A DNA stretch of 64,000 nt from Thermoanaerobaculia bacterium (lineage in GTDB: Bacteria > Acidobacteriota > Thermoanaerobaculia > UBA5066). The number at the start of each line of letters is the position of its first letter. Position 1 is the first letter of the stretch. Both the position numbers and the translations under genes were made by a program. The stretch covers positions 544,001 to 608,000 of the forward strand of contig CAWFJJ010000025.1 in assembly GCA_963816185.1 (NCBI GenBank), given 5' to 3'. Positions 1 to 7,920 of the stretch are shown here, one piece after another. The notes under the pieces were generated by a model, which worked only from the letters and a program-made list of their open reading frames with translations, made no database searches and was not told the origin of the DNA.

Positions 1-1648
1 TCTCGGTCGAGTTGGAGAAGAGCCAGAGGGGGAAGCCCGGCTCGTCGGGCGGGACGGGCGGCATCTCGTGGACGAGCTTCATCTTGCCGGACGCGGTGGG
101 AAACTTGCGATCTTCGAAGAGGACCTTTTCGACGAGAGGGTTGCGGACGGATTCGCGCTCGAGTCTTGCTGCGGTCAGGCCGAGCGGCGCGACTCGTGCG
201 AGCAGCCGCTCTTTCCAATCCCGGGCCGTCCCTCTTACCTTCTCAGAAATCTTCTCTTCTCTTTCTCCGGTTCTTTCGTCGATGGCCTTCGCGAGCGCCT
301 GGACGATCTCGAGATCCGACAAAACGCCCTGGGGCGGCGCGAGCGCGGGAGTCGAGGCCCCGAGCCAGTGGTTACCGTAGGCGCCGAGGAGGTCGTCGTC
401 TTCCACGAGCGTCGTCGTGGGGAGGACGAAGTGCGCGCGGCGGCCCGTGTCCGTCAGGAACGGATCCACGACGACGACCAGCTCTCGCGTCTCGAGAGCG
501 CGTGCCACCGTTCCCGACTCCGGCAGCATCGCGACGGGGTTCCCTGCGGTGACCCAGACCGCGCGGACGGGCGGGTCCTTCGCCTCGAGAATGCCCGGGC
601 CGAGAAGCGGCTCGGAGATCGTGCGGGGCGGATTCTTCTTCAGAAACGACGTGTCGAACGCGCCGCGCCTCTTGAAGTAGAACGACACGCCGCCGCCGGA
701 GATACCGATGTTCCCGCTGACTCCCGAGAGCGCGTCGAGCGCCCGCACGATGCCCGAGCCGTTCATCCGCCGGCCCATCCCCCAACCCACCTGGATCGAG
801 CAGGGTTTCCCCGCGAGCGCCGAGGCGACGGCCGAGACGTCCTCGATGCTCACGTCGGCGGCACGCGCCCAGGCGCCGGGGGAGCGCGACGAGGCCAGCG
901 CCCGGAACTTCTCGAAGCCGTCGCAATAAGAGGGCGCGTCCAGGTCCACCTGCCCGCGCTCGAAGAGGAGCGCGGCGGCCCCCATCGCGAGATCGAAGTC
1001 GCCGCCGGGGCGGACGAGGATCGTCCGGTCGGCGATCTTCGCGCCCTTGTGTCGAACGGGGTCGATGAGGAGGATCCGCGTCCCCGCCTTCTTCGCCTTC
1101 TGGAGGAGAGGCAGGATGTGGATGTTCGAGACGTTCGGGTTCTTGCCCCAGAGGAGGATGTTCTTCGAGCTCAGGATGTCGAAGAGATCGTGCGACTCCT
1201 CTTCGCCGAAGTCGGTCGTCTGCGCCGCGTCGCCGCCGCCTGAGCAGATGTCTCCTCGCTTGACCGTGACCGGCCCGAACAGCTCCCAGAAATAATCCAC
1301 CACGGACTTGAGGAGTCCGAGCGATCCGCCCGACCGGTAGTGGAGGATCGCGGCCGGTCCGGATTCCTTCCGGATCGCGAGCAAGAGGTCGGCGATCGTG
1401 CCGAGCGCTTCGTCCCACGTCACCTCGGCGAAATCCTTCCCGCGGCGCATGAGCGGCTTCGTGAGACGCTCCTTCGAGTTCTGCATCTCGGGAAAATTCG
1501 ACGTGCGAGTGCAGATGAAGCCCTGCGTGACCGGATGGTCCGGATCGCCTCCGAGGGAGACGAGCCTTCCGTCCTCGACGGTTGCGATCAGGCCGCACGC
1601 GTCGGGGCAGTCCCGGTTGCAGACAGTCCGGAGAGTCTCGATCGCCAT
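1..1648 (-). CDS. Molybdopterin-dependent oxidoreductase (bis-MGD family), 3' end outside window
   Basis: Manual translation from ATG 1648 (SD GGAG): MAIETLRTVCNRDCPDACG...DPDHPVTQGFIC (4Fe-4S motif), LWGKNP, VTAGNP, VVVDPFLTDTGRRAHFVLP. Open to the window edge, so absent from the ORF track. Confidence 0.9.
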   Translation of the reverse strand, partial: MAIETLRTVCNRDCPDACGLIATVEDGRLVSLGGDPDHPVTQGFICTRTSNFPEMQNSKERLTKPLMRRGKDFAEVTWDEALGTIADLLLAIRKESGPAAILHYRSGGSLGLLKSVVDYFWELFGPVTVKRGDICSGGGDAAQTTDFGEEESHDLFDILSSKNILLWGKNPNVSNIHILPLLQKAKKAGTRILLIDPVRHKGAKIADRTILVRPGGDFDLAMGAAALLFERGQVDLDAPSYCDGFEKFRALASSRSPGAWARAADVSIEDVSAVASALAGKPCSIQVGWGMGRRMNGSGIVRALDALSGVSGNIGISGGGVSFYFKRRGAFDTSFLKKNPPRTISEPLLGPGILEAKDPPVRAVWVTAGNPVAMLPESGTVARALETRELVVVVDPFLTDTGRRAHFVLPTTTLVEDDDLLGAYGNHWLGASTPALAPPQGVLSDLEIVQALAKAIDERTGEREEKISEKVRGTARDWKERLLARVAPLGLTAARLERESVRNPLVEKVLFEDRKFPTASGKMKLVHEMPPVPPDEPGFPLWLFSNSTE

Positions 1649-1651
1649 CTC

Positions 1652-2329
1652 CTACCCCAAGTGCGTGCGGAAGTGGGCGACGGTCCTCTGCCAGGCGTCC
1701 TTCGCGCACTCCTCCCGGTAGATGCCGGGGCGCGTGTCGTTGAAGAAGGCGTGCGGTGCGCCGCGGAAGATGATCGTCTCCACTTTCTTTCCGAGCGCCT
1801 TGAGCTTGTCCTCGAGCGGCTTCGCATCCGACGCGGGGACGCTCTCGTCCATCTCGCCGTAGATCAGGAGGATCGGGCCGGAGAGGTTCTCCCAGCGGAT
1901 TTGCACTTTTTTGAAGCCGCCGTAGAAGCTGACGGCGGCGCCCACGCTCGGGTTCGAGGTGGCGGCGTATTGCGCGAGCGCGCCGCCCACGCAGAAGCCC
2001 ACGACGCCGAAGGCCTTCGACGCGCACTCCGGCCGGTTCAGGAGATACGCGCCCGCCGCCGCGATCTCGCGGCCCGCGCGCTCGACGTCCATCTCCATCA
2101 GGAGACGCCCGGCCTCGTCCGGCGAGGTCGTCGTTTTGCCGTGATAGAGATCGGGTGCGAACGCGACGAAGCCTTCTTTCGCGAAACGGTCCGTGACATC
2201 CTGGATGTGCGGCACCAGGCCCCACCACTCCTGGATCACGACGACGGCCTGCCCCTTGCCCGACGCGGGCTTCGCGAACCACCCCTCGCCCTTCTGGCCG
2301 TTGACGGTGAAGGAGACCTTCTCGCCCAT
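1652..2329 (-). CDS. Dienelactone hydrolase family protein
   Basis: QEWWGL, APDLY, GFCVGG nucleophile, GAPHAFFND motifs. Confidence 0.92.
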   Translation of the reverse strand: MGEKVSFTVNGQKGEGWFAKPASGKGQAVVVIQEWWGLVPHIQDVTDRFAKEGFVAFAPDLYHGKTTTSPDEAGRLLMEMDVERAGREIAAAGAYLLNRPECASKAFGVVGFCVGGALAQYAATSNPSVGAAVSFYGGFKKVQIRWENLSGPILLIYGEMDESVPASDAKPLEDKLKALGKKVETIIFRGAPHAFFNDTRPGIYREECAKDAWQRTVAHFRTHLG

Positions 2330-2399
2330 GTGTGCGCCCTCCTGATCGACTTGCCCGCCTCATTCTCTCCCAGGTTCCCGCGCCCTATACTCGCCCTTC

Positions 2400-4172
2400 G
2401 TGCGCCGGATTCTCGCCCTCGTGGTCGTCCTCGCCGTGGCGGCCGGCGCCGTGGCGTGCAGCCTTCTCCTGAACGGAGAGAGCTCCCGGAGGAAGGACGT
2501 CACGGGCTCCCTGTTCACGGATGTCACGAAAGAGTCCGGAGTGCGCTTTCGGTTTCACGGCGACCTCATCGACGCCAAGCTGATCCCCACGATGGGCGGC
2601 GGCGCGGCGCTCGCGGACTTCGACGGAGACGGGAACCTCGATCTCGTCCTCGTCCAGCAAGTGAAGAGCGCCACGAAATGGCGGAAGGCGGGACGGACGC
2701 AGCCCCTGGCCGAGTGCACGCGCCTCTTCCGGAACCGCGGAGACGGGACGTTCGAGGACGTGACGGAGAGATCCGGCGTTGTCGCCTGCGGATGGGGCAT
2801 CACGGCGATGTGGGCCGACCTCGACAACGACGGCTTCCCGGACCTCGTCATCGGCAATGCCGGCGAGCAGAACCTCGTCTTCCGCAACAAGGGCGACGGG
2901 ACGTTCGAGAGGATGGAGAAGACGGGCCTCGAAGGCGGCAAGTTCACGGTCGGGCTTGCCGCCCTCGACATCGACGGGGACGGGCTCCCGGACGTCTACA
3001 TCGGGAACTACCTCGAGACGGACCCCGACCGCGAATCCAAAGCCAAGCCCACGTCCTTCATGACGCCCGACGAGTACAAGGGGCAGGACAACCAGATGCT
3101 GAGAAACCTCGGCGGCTGGAAATTCGCCGACGTGACCGACGCGAGCGGCACGAGGGATCCGGGCAGCAAGACGATCGGAGCCGTCGCGCTCGACTACGAC
3201 GGCGACGGAAGAACCGATCTTTACGTCTCGAACGACCAGTGGCGCAACACGCTCTTCCACAACGAGGGCGGCGGCCGGTTCCAGGACGTGTCGGACGAGA
3301 CGGGCACGGGCTATCCCGAGGAAGGCAGCACGACCGCTTTTGGGCGGAGGACGCGCAGCGGCATGGGGCTCGTCGCGGCGGACCTCGACGGCGACGGCCG
3401 GCCCGACCTCTACGTGACGAACTACGCGAACGAGCCGAACACCCTTTATCGAAACGTCGAGGGTGCGACGTTCGCGGAGAGCGAGGTCGAGGCGTTCGGG
3501 GGCGACCGCGATCCGGTCCTCCCGCTCTCGAAGTGGGGCGTCACGGCGCTCGACTTCGACAACGACGGCAGGGACGATCTCGCGGTCTCGAGCGGCCAGA
3601 TCCTCTCCCGCTTCTTCACGGTCCTTGCGGGGTGGTTCAATCCGGCGGGTCGGAACTTCGCCGTGGGCGAGAAGAGCTACGCGCAGCGGCAGTTCCTTTT
3701 CCGCAACGAAAGCGCGCCCGGGGCGATCAAGTTTCGCGACGTCTCGGCCCAGTCCGGCGACCTCGGCCGTCTGTGCGTGGTCGGGCGCGGGCTCTCGGCC
3801 GGCGACCTCGACGGCGACGGGAAAGAAGACCTCGTCTTTAACCCGATCGACGTGGCGGCCGTCGTCCTCCGCAACACGGCGCCGGGCGGGCGCGCACTGG
3901 AGATCCTGCCGGCCGTGGGCGCGGACCGCAGGACGGTCCTCGGGACGAAAATCACGGTCGGGGGGCGCGCGAAGGAGTTCTACGTCGTGCCGTCCTACGC
4001 GAGCGGTTCATGGTTGCCGCTTCACTTTGGGCTGGGAGAGGCGACCTCGGCGCGTGTGGCCGTACGGTGGCCGGACGGAACGGCGCAGGATCTCGGCGAG
4101 CTTCCCGCCGGCGCGTACAAGCTCGTGAAGGGCCTGGCGCCCGCCCCTCTCCGCGCGAAGCCGATGAAGTGA
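2400..4172 (+). CDS. CRTAC1-family FG-GAP repeat / ASPIC-UnbV exported protein
   Basis: N-terminal hydrophobic segment, repeated DFDGDGxxDL and FRNxGDGTFEDV motifs, C-terminal HFGLG...VRWPDG. Confidence 0.88.
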   Translation: MRRILALVVVLAVAAGAVACSLLLNGESSRRKDVTGSLFTDVTKESGVRFRFHGDLIDAKLIPTMGGGAALADFDGDGNLDLVLVQQVKSATKWRKAGRTQPLAECTRLFRNRGDGTFEDVTERSGVVACGWGITAMWADLDNDGFPDLVIGNAGEQNLVFRNKGDGTFERMEKTGLEGGKFTVGLAALDIDGDGLPDVYIGNYLETDPDRESKAKPTSFMTPDEYKGQDNQMLRNLGGWKFADVTDASGTRDPGSKTIGAVALDYDGDGRTDLYVSNDQWRNTLFHNEGGGRFQDVSDETGTGYPEEGSTTAFGRRTRSGMGLVAADLDGDGRPDLYVTNYANEPNTLYRNVEGATFAESEVEAFGGDRDPVLPLSKWGVTALDFDNDGRDDLAVSSGQILSRFFTVLAGWFNPAGRNFAVGEKSYAQRQFLFRNESAPGAIKFRDVSAQSGDLGRLCVVGRGLSAGDLDGDGKEDLVFNPIDVAAVVLRNTAPGGRALEILPAVGADRRTVLGTKITVGGRAKEFYVVPSYASGSWLPLHFGLGEATSARVAVRWPDGTAQDLGELPAGAYKLVKGLAPAPLRAKPMK

Positions 4173-4187
4173 CGTTTCTCGAGCGGT

Positions 4188-4287
4188 GAAGGGGGCAGGG
4201 GGAAACGCGACCGTGTTTCCCCCATCACTCGCAGTCGCTGTAGCCCCCCTTCCTCGGTCAGACCGCGCAGCGGTTGGGGCTACAGCG
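4188..4287. terminator. Nested inverted repeats between convergent genes (bidirectional terminator or REP-like element)
   Basis: GGGGGAAAC 4198-4206 / GTTTCCCCC 4215-4223; CGCTGTAGCCCC 4236-4247 / GGGGCTACAGCG 4276-4287. Confidence 0.45.
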
Positions 4288-5188
4288 GCGTCACGTTGAC
4301 GTCTTCGCGCCGCGCGGCCGCCTCGGCCGCGGCCACGCTGATCGCATCGACGCCGTCCGCGCTCTTCAGGCTGCCGCGCGACATGCCGAAGGCCGCGAGG
4401 AGGTGACGCGGCGGCGCAAAGTCGAGGTCGGGCTCGTTCACGAAGAGGCGTCCGAGATTCTCGACGTAGGCCGACGTCAGCTCCTTCCAGGAGATCCGGT
4501 CGAACTCCTGCGCCACTTTTCGGCTTCCGAGGGACAGGAGGACGAGCGAGTGGAAGACCATCTGGTAGATGGCCTTCAGGCGCGCGCGGCTTCTCTCGGG
4601 GTGGTGCTTCAGGATCTCGCGGATGAAGTGCACGTTGAGCGGCACGTGGAACGACTCGTCCCGCGTGAGAATCGTGAGCACCTGCCGCGCGAGAGGCTGT
4701 TTCACACGCCGGAGCGACAGCCGGTACGTCGTGGCGCCGATCGTCTCGAACATGAGGTTCGTCAGCATGATCGATTCCATGCGCTCGGCCTTCGCGTAGG
4801 TCCTGTAGAACGAGCTGACCATCCAGCCCATCTCGGTCACGGCGCCGCCGATGTGCGCGAGGAACTCGTCGAGGAGCTCGCGGTGCCAGCCCTCCTCGTT
4901 GCCGTAGAGCACGAGGCACTCGGCGAGGTCGGGATCCCACGCCCGGACTTCCTCGGCGAGCCTGTGCGCGCCGGCCTTCCCCGACTCCTCGGCGCGATAC
5001 GCCGCGTTGAAGAAGCTGATGCAGGCGAGGCGCTCTTCCTCGGACTCGAACGCGACGGGTTTCGACAGGTCGAGGCGCTCGCCGTACATCCTCTCGGCGC
5101 GTTTCTTGAGCGTCTCGAGCCACCAGGCCGTCGGGCGCTGCGTCGGGATGCCGATGAGGGTGGAAACGGAGCCTTTCGCGAGCATCAC
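4280..5188 (-). CDS. Ferritin-like di-iron domain protein
   Basis: Carboxylate/ExxH pattern: AEES, NEEGWH, FETIG, RDESFH; helical protein. Confidence 0.75.
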   Translation of the reverse strand: MMLAKGSVSTLIGIPTQRPTAWWLETLKKRAERMYGERLDLSKPVAFESEEERLACISFFNAAYRAEESGKAGAHRLAEEVRAWDPDLAECLVLYGNEEGWHRELLDEFLAHIGGAVTEMGWMVSSFYRTYAKAERMESIMLTNLMFETIGATTYRLSLRRVKQPLARQVLTILTRDESFHVPLNVHFIREILKHHPERSRARLKAIYQMVFHSLVLLSLGSRKVAQEFDRISWKELTSAYVENLGRLFVNEPDLDFAPPRHLLAAFGMSRGSLKSADGVDAISVAAAEAAARREDVNVTPL

Positions 5189-5248
5189 CGCGCGGGATGA
5201 TGCCGAAACCGCAACCGCGTCGTCAAACGGGGGAGGACCGCCCCAGCG

Positions 5249-5659
5249 TCAATGCGGCTCGACCCGGAGGTGGCCGGTGAGAACCTCGCGGCCGGGCACG
5301 AGCCGAATCTCGATGCGGAAGTCCTCGCCGGAAGAAGAGAGCCCGGGCAGGGTGAAGAAGAGGGGGAGGTTGAATCCCCGCCCGGGCTCCAGGCGGGTGG
5401 GATAGGCGAGCATCCGGCACTGGCGTGTCTGCCGGGAGCGCTCGCGGCCCTCCGAGTCGAGGAGGACCATCTCGAGGAGGGGACCCGCTTCCGTGGATCC
5501 CTCCCACGCTTGAAGGGTCTTGTTCCGGATTTCGAGGTGAAGGAGGACCTTGCCGGGCTCCGTCGCGCTCGGCACGACGACCGGCTGCGGCGCATGGAGC
5601 ATCAACGACAGCGTGACGTCGCCAGCCGGCTCTTCCTTCGGCAAGCTACTTCTCAGCAT
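5249..5659 (-). CDS. Hypothetical beta-sandwich protein, possibly BsuPI-like proteinase inhibitor
   Basis: SD AAGGAG upstream; LEIRN...VLLDSEGRE...LEPG pattern resembles BsuPI (family assignment is inference). Confidence 0.55.
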   Translation of the reverse strand: MLRSSLPKEEPAGDVTLSLMLHAPQPVVVPSATEPGKVLLHLEIRNKTLQAWEGSTEAGPLLEMVLLDSEGRERSRQTRQCRMLAYPTRLEPGRGFNLPLFFTLPGLSSSGEDFRIEIRLVPGREVLTGHLRVEPH

Positions 5660-5737
5660 GTCGGTGCTCCTTTCGAGCGAAACATTCCCCAGACGCCCCT
5701 TTGGCGTAGCTGGTTCGACAAACTATCCGTGGGCGTG

Positions 5738-5893
5738 TCAGCCGATGGGTCCGACGCTCGCCCCGATGGGTCCGACGCTTGCTCCGATGGGTCCGACGCT
5801 CGCTCCCGTTCCGCGATCGATATCGCGGGAACGCGCGAATCCGCCGAATTCGAAACCGGAGAAGACGTCAAAAAACGCAAAAAGAAACGCCAT
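5738..5893 (-). CDS. Small 51-aa precursor-like peptide MAFLFAFFDVFSGFEFGGFARSRDIDRGT(GASVGPI)x3G
   Basis: AGGAGG SD at 5898-5903 before ATG 5893; three identical heptapeptides ending at the TGA stop; differences between repeats are synonymous. Confidence 0.65.
   Translation of the reverse strand: MAFLFAFFDVFSGFEFGGFARSRDIDRGTGASVGPIGASVGPIGASVGPIG
5742..5804. repeat. Three tandem 21-bp repeats
   Basis: CCGATGGGTCCGACGCT(C/T)GC(C/T) x3, no spacers. Confidence 0.95.
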
Positions 5894-5987
5894 ACGTCCT
5901 CCTACCCCGATCCGGACAGGTGTGTATTTCTCCTGCCCTTCACCTAGTAGGACAGGGGACACGGGCCGTTTTGACCCCCGACGCTCG

Positions 5988-6017
5988 AAAAAACATCGGC
6001 CGCCCGAAGGCGGCCGA
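5988..6017 (-). terminator. Rho-independent terminator after the TPR gene
   Basis: Minus strand TCGGCCGCC-TTCG-GGCGGCCGA followed by TGTTTTTT. Confidence 0.85.
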
Positions 6018-6046
6018 GTGAATTCGCGACAGATCGGTGGCTGTGT

Positions 6047-7309
6047 CTAGCCGACGAGCCTCAGCGGGCGGTACGCACGTTTAACGCCATTCTCTTCGTT
6101 CTGCAGGTACTCGCGGACGTGCGCGATGAGGTCCGCGTCGATCGTGCCCTGATCGAGGCAGACGAAGAGTTCACCGAGAGCCGGCGACGGGGAGAAGCGA
6201 GAGTCGCGTCGATCGCGACGAATGCCATCGACCTCGGCGGCCATGGCGTTCAAATTGCCGAGATGGCCGAGGCACTCGGCGACATGCAGTCGTGCGAACA
6301 GGACTTCCATCGGCGATCCTGTGATTTCAGCCTCGCGCGCGATTTCTGCGAAAGCGCGCAGCGCCTGCTGGTAGCGCTCGCGACGAAAATCGAGTTCGGC
6401 GAGACCGTTTCGTACGAAGAAAACCGTCGACGTGAAGCCATGCTTTCGAGCGAGATTCAACGCACGTGCGAAACCCGCGCGCGCCTCTTCGAATCTCTCG
6501 AGCCGGGCGAGAGCGTTTGCCCGATTGTTGAGAGTCATGGCCAGCGGCTGTGCATCACACTCGGGATCGAACGCCTTAATCGCACGATCGAGCCGGGAGA
6601 GAGCTCTCAGGTCGTCACCGCGCTGCAGGAAGAGAGTCCCGAGAGCTGCCTCCGCACGGGCCACGAGATGATCCTGCCCGAACTCCGCAAAGGACGAAAG
6701 TGCGCTCTTGAGCTTCTTCTCCGCCGAGCCGTAGTCCTTTGCGAACCCGGCCGCCTGACCTTCATAGTAGTCGCACAGAGCCTGGCCGAACCCGAGGTCT
6801 CCCGACTGCCGGAAGAACTCTCGGGCCGGCTCGATCGCCGCTCGTGCGGAATCGGCCTCGCCGACCTGCAAAAAGGCGTGAGACCTGAGGATCATCGCTT
6901 CGGCTTGGACCGCCTGTCTTGGCGCCGGCGTCGTGAGTCGGGAGTCGCGATTCACATCGAGAAGAGAGGATGCTTCCGCGAGAAGCTCATCTGCGAAATG
7001 AAGTGCGACCCTTGGATTCTCGGAAACGAGCGGCCCCGCCTTCTGTGCCGCGTACAGCAGAGCAAAGCCCCGGTAGGGCTTGCCGTCCAGCGAGCGGAGC
7101 GCGGCCGCGAGTTCGTCGGCGCCGGACCGGGCGGCATTCAGGATCAGCTCGGCGGGCTTCTCGGCGTCCTGTGAAAGCTGGTAAATCTCTTCCACGGAAA
7201 CGCGAGCGTTGGCTCTCACGAAGGGGAGCGTGCGGCCCATGGCCTCGCGCGGCAGCTCGGGCACGAGCTCGCTCTCGAGGATCGCGTCGAAGACGTCATC
7301 CTTCTTCAC
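6047..7309 (-). CDS. Tetratricopeptide-repeat protein (about 420 aa)
   Basis: TPR helices such as LAMTLNNRANALARLERFEEARAGFARAL; GTG 7309 overlaps the upstream TGA (GTGA); more A/T-rich than its flanks. Confidence 0.85.
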   Translation of the reverse strand: MKKDDVFDAILESELVPELPREAMGRTLPFVRANARVSVEEIYQLSQDAEKPAELILNAARSGADELAAALRSLDGKPYRGFALLYAAQKAGPLVSENPRVALHFADELLAEASSLLDVNRDSRLTTPAPRQAVQAEAMILRSHAFLQVGEADSARAAIEPAREFFRQSGDLGFGQALCDYYEGQAAGFAKDYGSAEKKLKSALSSFAEFGQDHLVARAEAALGTLFLQRGDDLRALSRLDRAIKAFDPECDAQPLAMTLNNRANALARLERFEEARAGFARALNLARKHGFTSTVFFVRNGLAELDFRRERYQQALRAFAEIAREAEITGSPMEVLFARLHVAECLGHLGNLNAMAAEVDGIRRDRRDSRFSPSPALGELFVCLDQGTIDADLIAHVREYLQNEENGVKRAYRPLRLVG

Positions 7310-7794
7310 GGTCTCAGCCTCACGAGTCCGGCACGGAGGCGGTCCCACAGCGTGCGCCGGAAGGCGCGCATCGGCGCGGTCCTGGGAGACGCGGGCGCGG
7401 TCTCGACGCGGACCTCGATCTCGCCCGATTCCGCGAGCCTGAGATCGCGCACGACGAACGCAGGCCCGGAATCCCCGATGCCGCGTCTCTCACGCGCCTG
7501 GAGAAGGTTGTTGCACTGATTCAGGAACGCCGCGCGCAAGTACGCCTTCGGGTCGCGCACGCGCGGGTTCATCGCGAGCACCTTGAGGAAGACGGTCTGC
7601 GCGGCTCCCTCGCATTCGTCCTGCGTGAGGCCGAACCGGATGACGCCGGCCGCGATGAGGCGGGGGCGGAACTTCGCGTTCAGCTCCTCCCAGTTCCAGA
7701 CGGGCCGCGCGGGGGCAGTGACCTCGACCGGCGCGAACCGGGCGCGCTGCCTTTGCACCTCGTCGGGCGGAATCTCTACGAAGTTCCGGGACAT
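7306..7794 (-). CDS. ECF sigma region-2-like protein lacking a recognisable region 4
   Basis: WEELNAKFRPRL...ECEGAAQTVFLKVL...KAYLRAAFLNQCNNLL fits the sigma-2 pattern; no canonical HTH follows. Confidence 0.65.
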   Translation of the reverse strand: MSRNFVEIPPDEVQRQRARFAPVEVTAPARPVWNWEELNAKFRPRLIAAGVIRFGLTQDECEGAAQTVFLKVLAMNPRVRDPKAYLRAAFLNQCNNLLQARERRGIGDSGPAFVVRDLRLAESGEIEVRVETAPASPRTAPMRAFRRTLWDRLRAGLVRLRP

Positions 7795-7920
7795 CTTTCC
7801 CCTTACGAGAAGAGCCCTTATATGCTACGCCCGCTTTCCGGCAGGGGTCAACCGGAACCTCGCAGACAACCCTAATTCAACGCTAACGTCAGACATCCGG
7901 AATCAGAGGGGTGGGCTCGC

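Noticed and set aside
5742-5804. 21-bp repeats as a mini CRISPR array
   Set aside because: The units are directly adjacent with no spacers, and no cas genes are present.
5550-6050. Plus-strand ORF containing PMGPTLA x3
   Set aside because: No SD; it overlaps a well-supported minus-strand gene and crosses a minus-strand terminator; treated as a shadow ORF.
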